A stretch of 64,000 bases of DNA, from positions 484-64,483 of the forward strand of contig JAOUOS010000012.1 of assembly GCA_029880285.1 (NCBI GenBank), read 5' to 3'. Shown piece after piece: positions 59,075 to 64,000 of the stretch (positions within the stretch are counted from its first letter, which is position 1; each line of letters opens with the position of its first letter). The notes below the pieces were generated by a model. The model was not told where the DNA came from. It was given only the letters and a program-made list of their open reading frames with translations, and did no database searches. A program made the position numbers and the translations under genes. Source of the DNA: Spirochaetia bacterium (lineage in GTDB: Bacteria > Spirochaetota > Leptospiria > Turneriellales > JAOUOS01).

Positions 59075-59823
59075 ATAGGATACGCTGAGTCAAGTTTTTC
59101 CTGTATTGGTTTTATTATAATATCAATTTCTTTTTTTAAATCATCAGGTAGCTGATTCCATTTACCCAGTTTATTTTCAAGTTTATCGGGTACTTTTTTT
59201 TCAATAGGTTCAAATTTAATATTTATAAAATCGCATATTTGTCTTACTAGTTTATGAGGGTTTTCACATACACTTTCATACCGCAAAACAAGTGTATCTG
59301 GTTTATTGTGCCAGTTCTCAAAAAAATATTCCATAGCTCTAACCCAAAATTTGGCTCTGGCAAATAATTTTAATTCAGGCTTATCGGTATTTCTTAACCA
59401 ATAATCTTTTGAAACAACCTGCGAATGTCCGTGTCTTAAGATAATAATTTTTTTCATTTCAAAATCAGAAAACTGATTTTTAATAAAATTAGGCATAAAA
59501 AAAAGCCATGGATTTTTTAAAAGTAGATATTTATTTTCTTTAACTTTAAATTTTTTTAAAAACTCTTTATTAAATTTTTCTTTCTTTTCACCAGCAAATA
59601 TCGGTTCATTATAATTTTTAAAGCCATTCTCAATAACTTCTGAATAATCGCCTAATTCAATAAAATTAGAATCTAGTTTTTTTAATATCTTTACAATATC
59701 TCTTTCTTCAAGATTGGGCTTGTATCTGGCTCTTTTTAGTTTAACTTCTGGATGTTTTCTAAGTAAATCGACCAATAAGGTAGTCCCAGAGTTCCAATAT
59801 CCAACAATAAAAATAGACTTCAT
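59071..59823 (-). CDS. Sulfotransferase family protein
   Basis: PAPS 5'-phosphosulfate loop IVGYWNSGTTLL and the later ILRHGHSQVVS segment. Confidence 0.65.
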   Translation of the reverse strand: MKSIFIVGYWNSGTTLLVDLLRKHPEVKLKRARYKPNLEERDIVKILKKLDSNFIELGDYSEVIENGFKNYNEPIFAGEKKEKFNKEFLKKFKVKENKYLLLKNPWLFFMPNFIKNQFSDFEMKKIIILRHGHSQVVSKDYWLRNTDKPELKLFARAKFWVRAMEYFFENWHNKPDTLVLRYESVCENPHKLVRQICDFINIKFEPIEKKVPDKLENKLGKWNQLPDDLKKEIDIIIKPIQEKLDSAYPI

Positions 59824-59863
59824 TCTAAAACTTTTAATTTATTATTTATAAATTCAAGAAAAA

Positions 59864-61492
59864 TTGATAAATTTAATATTAACTGCCCGTCAATTCTTTT
59901 TATTTAATAAAAACGCTCGACAATTCATCTTATACGCCAAAAATCGGCCAGTGCGAAACGGCATACTGATATTAGATTTTGGTTCACAATATACCCAGTT
60001 AATAGCGCGAAAAATCAGAGAGCTTCGATTTTATGCCGAAATACATCCCTACAATTTTCCTGTTAAAGAAATTAAAAATCAACAACCGGCAGGAATTATT
60101 TTATCCGGAGGGCCCCATTCGGTTTATGAAAAAAACGCGCCTTCTGTAAATAAAGAAATATTTTCATTAAATATTCCTATTTTAGGTATTTGCTACGGAT
60201 TACAGCTTATTACTCATTTATTAGGAGGCAAGGTCAATTCATCAAAAAACAGAGAATACGGAGCGGCCCTTCTAAAAATTCAAACAGAATCAGTTTTTTT
60301 TAACAATATTAACGAAAAAACACGTGTTTGGATGAGTCATGGCGATAAAGTAATTAAGCTGCCAGCGGGATTTAAGGCAATCGCCCAAACCGATTCATCA
60401 CCTTATGCTGCCGTAATTAATATTGAAAAGAAAATAACGGGCGTTCAATTTCATCCTGAGGTACAACATACCAATAATGGTAAAACTTTTTTAAAAAACT
60501 TTTGTATTAGTTTTTGTCATTTAAAACCAAACTGGACAATGAAAAATTTCGCCAAAGAAAAAATTAAAGAAATACAAAACCAAACCGGTAATGAAAGAGT
60601 GCTTTTAGGACTATCAGGAGGCGTCGATTCTACGGTTACCGCTAAAATACTTCACGATGCCATAGGTAAAAGATTAAGCTGTGTATATGTAGATAACGGA
60701 TTAATGAGAAAAGATGAAACCGAAGCTGTTATAAAAAGATTTAAAAATAATTTTCACATACCTCTTCATGTTGTAAAAGCAGAAAAATCTTTCTTAAGTA
60801 GCTTAAAAGGCGTTACTGATCCTGAGAAAAAAAGAAAAATAATAGGAAGAGTATTCTTAGAAGAATTTAAAAAAAAGGCCGAAGAAATAGGTCATCATGA
60901 ATATTTGGGACAGGGAACGTTGTATACAGACGTAATTGAATCTGTATCGGTAAAAGGGCCTTCTGATACAATAAAATCTCATCATAACCGCGTGGCAGAA
61001 GTTCAAAAACTAATAAAGGCCGGCAAAGTAATTGAACCTTTAAAAGAATTATTTAAAGATGAAGTAAGACGGCTAGGTTTAACTTTAAAAATACCAAGAG
61101 AACTTTTATTTAGACATCCTTTTCCGGGCCCTGGACTGGCTATACGTATATTAGGTGAAATTACAAAAGAAAGGCTAAACCTTTTAAGAGAAGCTGACGC
61201 CATCTTATTAGATGAACTAAAAAAAACAGGTTATTATAAAAAAATCTGGCAGGCCTTTGTGGTTTTACTGCCGGTAAAATCTGTAGGCGTTATGGGAGAT
61301 AACCGAACTTATGAAAATGCCGTAGCCGTTAGAATGGTTGAAAGCAAAGATGGTATGACTGCAGACTTTGCTAAAGTTCCTCACGCCATTTTAGGTAAAA
61401 TATCTAATAGAATTATAAACGAAGTATCGGGAATAAACCGTGTTGTGTATGATATTTCATCAAAACCGCCGGCAACAATTGAATGGGAATAG
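59864..61492 (+). CDS. guaA: GMP synthase (glutamine-hydrolysing)
   Basis: ILILDFGSQYTQLIARKIRE, GICYGLQ and SGGVDSTV, ending ATIEWE. The first 29 codons look non-conserved, and the in-frame GTG at 59951 is a likelier start. Confidence 0.93.
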   Translation: MINLILTARQFFLFNKNARQFILYAKNRPVRNGILILDFGSQYTQLIARKIRELRFYAEIHPYNFPVKEIKNQQPAGIILSGGPHSVYEKNAPSVNKEIFSLNIPILGICYGLQLITHLLGGKVNSSKNREYGAALLKIQTESVFFNNINEKTRVWMSHGDKVIKLPAGFKAIAQTDSSPYAAVINIEKKITGVQFHPEVQHTNNGKTFLKNFCISFCHLKPNWTMKNFAKEKIKEIQNQTGNERVLLGLSGGVDSTVTAKILHDAIGKRLSCVYVDNGLMRKDETEAVIKRFKNNFHIPLHVVKAEKSFLSSLKGVTDPEKKRKIIGRVFLEEFKKKAEEIGHHEYLGQGTLYTDVIESVSVKGPSDTIKSHHNRVAEVQKLIKAGKVIEPLKELFKDEVRRLGLTLKIPRELLFRHPFPGPGLAIRILGEITKERLNLLREADAILLDELKKTGYYKKIWQAFVVLLPVKSVGVMGDNRTYENAVAVRMVESKDGMTADFAKVPHAILGKISNRIINEVSGINRVVYDISSKPPATIEWE

Positions 61493-61493
61493 C

Positions 61494-61982
61494 ATGCCTT
61501 ATTATTTACAGAGAATAATTGATAAAAAAATACTGCTATTCACATTTTTTTTAATACTTCTTCAGCATCTATTATTAAATCCTCTATTTAGTGAAGATAT
61601 ACTTTTTACAAATAAAGCTGTTATATATATTACAAACGCAAAAAAAAATATTGTTTCTTTAAACTGTGATATGGCCGTTTCAGATACCGAAAAAAACAGG
61701 GGATTAATGTTTCGAAAAAAACTGGAAAAAAACGATGGAATGATATTTATTTATAATGAACCTGAAATATTAACTTTTTGGATGAAAAACACGCAAATAC
61801 CACTTTCTATCGCTTTTGTCAATAAAGACAATAGAATAACTGAAATATACGATATGAAACCAAATGATGAGAGAATTATTTCTTCTACAACCAAAGCAAA
61901 ATATGCCATTGAAGCAAACAAAGGCTGGTTTCATAAAAATTACATTACTACGGGCGCTAAAATATCAATTGTTCCTAATTAA
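61494..61982 (+). CDS. DUF192-family protein
   Basis: RGLMFRKKLEKNDGMIFIY and FWMKNTQIPLSIAFV. I chose the ATG at 61494, just after the guaA stop. Confidence 0.7.
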   Translation: MPYYLQRIIDKKILLFTFFLILLQHLLLNPLFSEDILFTNKAVIYITNAKKNIVSLNCDMAVSDTEKNRGLMFRKKLEKNDGMIFIYNEPEILTFWMKNTQIPLSIAFVNKDNRITEIYDMKPNDERIISSTTKAKYAIEANKGWFHKNYITTGAKISIVPN

Positions 61983-62016
61983 AAAAAAGGAGGTAAATAA
62001 AAAATAGATTTAATTC

Positions 62017-63180
62017 ATGGACGCCTCTTCACTAATTCAACACAAACTTACCATTTCATCGTCAGGTGAATATAGGGCTTTACTCATAGGTCAATACGGT
62101 TCTAAATATTACCCTAACAAAGAAATACAGGAAGAATCATTAAGAGAATTATACCTGCTTTCAGATACGGCAGGAATTTCTCAAATGAATGATTTATTCT
62201 TTCATGTTTCAACTCCCGATTCGGGAACTTTTTTCTCAAAAGGAATATTAGAAAAAATTCAAGAAATGATAAAAGAAAATAATTATAATATTCTAATTGC
62301 CGATGTAAACTTAAAACCAGCACAGCTAAAAAATTTAGAAGAACTATTAAAAATAAGAGTTCTAGGACGAATTGAACTTATTCTCGATATTTTCGCGATG
62401 AGAGCGGTTACTCATGAATCGGCACTTCAGGTTGAACTGGCTCAGCTTACATATATTCTTCCCCGTTTAAAAGGCTTAGGAGGTGTTTTATCGAGACTGG
62501 GCGGCGGTATTGGAACAAGAGGCCCGGGTGAAAGTATGTTAGAAACAGACAGGCGTCATATAAATAAAAGAATTCAAAAAATAAAAGAAGAATTAAAAAG
62601 TGTTTCAAAGCATCGTGACAATACGCGAAAAAACAGGAACATAATGACATATGCTCTTGTAGGTTACACCAACGCAGGTAAAACCAGTCTTTTAAATCAA
62701 CTGTGTTCCTCAGCTAAAAAACTTTTCGCTGAAGACAGACTTTTCGCGACCTTAGATTCTTTCTCAAGAAAAGTTTATCTTGGTGAAATTAATAATAAGC
62801 CGTTTTATTCAGTTATAACTGACACCGTTGGTTTTATAAGAAATCTACCACCCTCTTTATCTGCGGCGTTTCAATCTACTCTTGAAGAAATTTCATATAC
62901 TGATGCCATAATTCTGGTAATTGACGCCTCTAGTTTAAGACTAGACGAAGAAATTGAAATTGTACATAATGAACTTGAAAAATTAAAAGTAAATGAAAAA
63001 CAAAAAATTATTTTTTTTAATAAAAGCGATTTAATTTTTCCTTCTTTAAAAAGAAAACTTTCAAAAAAATATCCCAACGCTGTATGGGGCAACGCGCTTT
63101 CAAAAGATGGAACTAAAGATTTAAGAAAAAAACTTTTTGAACTTACAAAAAAATCATTTTTTCTTCATGAGACGCGGTAA
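62017..63180 (+). CDS. hflX: GTPase HflX
   Basis: HflX N-domain (ELAQLTYILPRL), G1 GYTNAGKTSLLN, DTVGFI and NKSD. Confidence 0.9.
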   Translation: MDASSLIQHKLTISSSGEYRALLIGQYGSKYYPNKEIQEESLRELYLLSDTAGISQMNDLFFHVSTPDSGTFFSKGILEKIQEMIKENNYNILIADVNLKPAQLKNLEELLKIRVLGRIELILDIFAMRAVTHESALQVELAQLTYILPRLKGLGGVLSRLGGGIGTRGPGESMLETDRRHINKRIQKIKEELKSVSKHRDNTRKNRNIMTYALVGYTNAGKTSLLNQLCSSAKKLFAEDRLFATLDSFSRKVYLGEINNKPFYSVITDTVGFIRNLPPSLSAAFQSTLEEISYTDAIILVIDASSLRLDEEIEIVHNELEKLKVNEKQKIIFFNKSDLIFPSLKRKLSKKYPNAVWGNALSKDGTKDLRKKLFELTKKSFFLHETR

Positions 63181-63681
63181 TTTATAAAGATTTCCTCTTA
63201 TTTCATATTTTTTTTTCATTTCTACAGCATTCATTGTTAAAACAGCATTATTGACCGGTTTTTGATTGTGGTAATCAATAAATTCTTGAAGATAACTTTT
63301 GTATTCTTTATCAAAATCATTTTTATTTTTACCGTGATAGAGTTTACCAAACTTTCTAAAACTACCGTCAAACTCCTCTGAAATATGGTACAGTTCATGG
63401 AATATAACATCTGCTTTTTGATTAAAATTATATTCAAAAAACCGGGGCCAGTAAAAATAAATTAAATATAGCTTACCTGCAGGAAAATGAGATATACTGT
63501 ATCCGGCTGGAATTTCTTTTCGTCCTATAATTTTTGCCAATATACCCGACTTATGAGTTTTTCTATTTCTCGAAATTAATATTTGAAGTTTAGTAACATC
63601 TATGTGAGAGAATATTTTATATTCTTGAACGATGTGCACTATAATTTCAAACAGCTTATCTGAAAGATTTATTTTTGTCAT
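63154..63681 (-). CDS. Hypothetical HExxH protein (possible SprT/WLM-like metallopeptidase)
   Basis: HELYH in VIFHELYHISEEFDG. I prefer the internal ATG at 63681 (MTKINLSDK...), which lies 1 nt after the dnaB stop. The track start at 63765 would overlap dnaB by 83 nt. Confidence 0.45.
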   Translation of the reverse strand: MTKINLSDKLFEIIVHIVQEYKIFSHIDVTKLQILISRNRKTHKSGILAKIIGRKEIPAGYSISHFPAGKLYLIYFYWPRFFEYNFNQKADVIFHELYHISEEFDGSFRKFGKLYHGKNKNDFDKEYKSYLQEFIDYHNQKPVNNAVLTMNAVEMKKKYEIRGNLYKLPRLMKKK

Positions 63682-63682
63682 T

Positions 63683-64000
63683 TCACAAAGGAACGGAATA
63701 GTGCACCGGCTCTCCCGGATCTTCTCGTTTATCTGTTTCACTAAAAAAACTTTTATCTTTATCAAAGGCGAGTTTTATTAAATCGGTAGGGCCGGCGCGG
63801 TGTTTAGCAATAATTAACTCTGCCTGATCTCTTTCTGATTCATTTATATCTGGATTATTTAAATCTTCACGATGAATAAACATAACAATATCAGCGTCTT
63901 GCTCTATTGCCCCAGATTCTCTTAAATCTGACAATTGAGGTCTTGAGTCTCTGCCGCGCTGTTCAATGGAGCGGTTCATTTGCGACAGGGCCAATACCGG
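63683..64000 (-). CDS. dnaB: Replicative DNA helicase DnaB, C-terminal part (continues beyond the window)
   Basis: LSQMNRSIEQRGRDSRPQLSDLRESGAIEQDADIVMFIHRED...AELIIAKHRAGPT. The frame is open to nt 64000. Confidence 0.9.
   Translation of the reverse strand, partial: PVLALSQMNRSIEQRGRDSRPQLSDLRESGAIEQDADIVMFIHREDLNNPDINESERDQAELIIAKHRAGPTDLIKLAFDKDKSFFSETDKREDPGEPVHYSVPL

Noticed and set aside
1-64000. Search by eye for CRISPR arrays, tRNA/rRNA genes, integrases, transposases and known multi-gene defence systems
   Set aside because: None were recognised. No regularly spaced direct repeats were seen, and no cloverleaf-like GC-rich ~75-nt segments appear in the intergenic gaps. I also saw no recombinase, reverse transcriptase or restriction-methylase motifs. 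A tRNAscan, Infernal or defence-finder run would be needed to exclude them formally.

Overview
This is an AT-rich window (about 30% GC by eye) that is densely coding. It comes from a flagellated diderm bacterium, judging by lipoprotein-type signal peptides, an OprB porin, a PD40/OmpA protein, FliD, a FliG homologue and MCPs. I cannot assign a taxon from the sequence alone. I call about 55 protein genes. Housekeeping genes are miaB (5' partial), leuCD, purH, guaA, hflX, dnaB (partial), a RumA-type rRNA methyltransferase, sucB-lpd, two-subunit korAB, plant-type FNR and a phosphohexomutase. I recognised no rRNA, tRNA, CRISPR array, integrase or transposase. Six things deserve a second look. (1) At 8.1-17.7 kb there is an O2/peroxide-oriented island: a globin-coupled diguanylate cyclase, a hemerythrin and two paralogous MCPs. 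It also holds a CydA-like membrane protein fused to a dihaem cytochrome c, with a translationally coupled membrane partner, and a cytochrome c peroxidase. (2) A GAF-PP2C / RsbW-like kinase / STAS partner-switching operon ends in a FliG paralogue instead of a sigma factor. (3) korAB is followed by an unassigned 613-aa protein carrying a C-terminal ferredoxin domain. (4) A structured, GC-richer intergenic repeat family is present in about three copies. (5) There are decayed accessory genes: a DUF4258 toxin with an in-frame stop, a frame-broken Amidase_2 gene and a GxxExxY fragment. (6) A lipoprotein with two HKD (PLD) motifs and two lamin-tail domains sits next to a hicBA pair. All functional calls rest on motif recognition by eye, not on searches.
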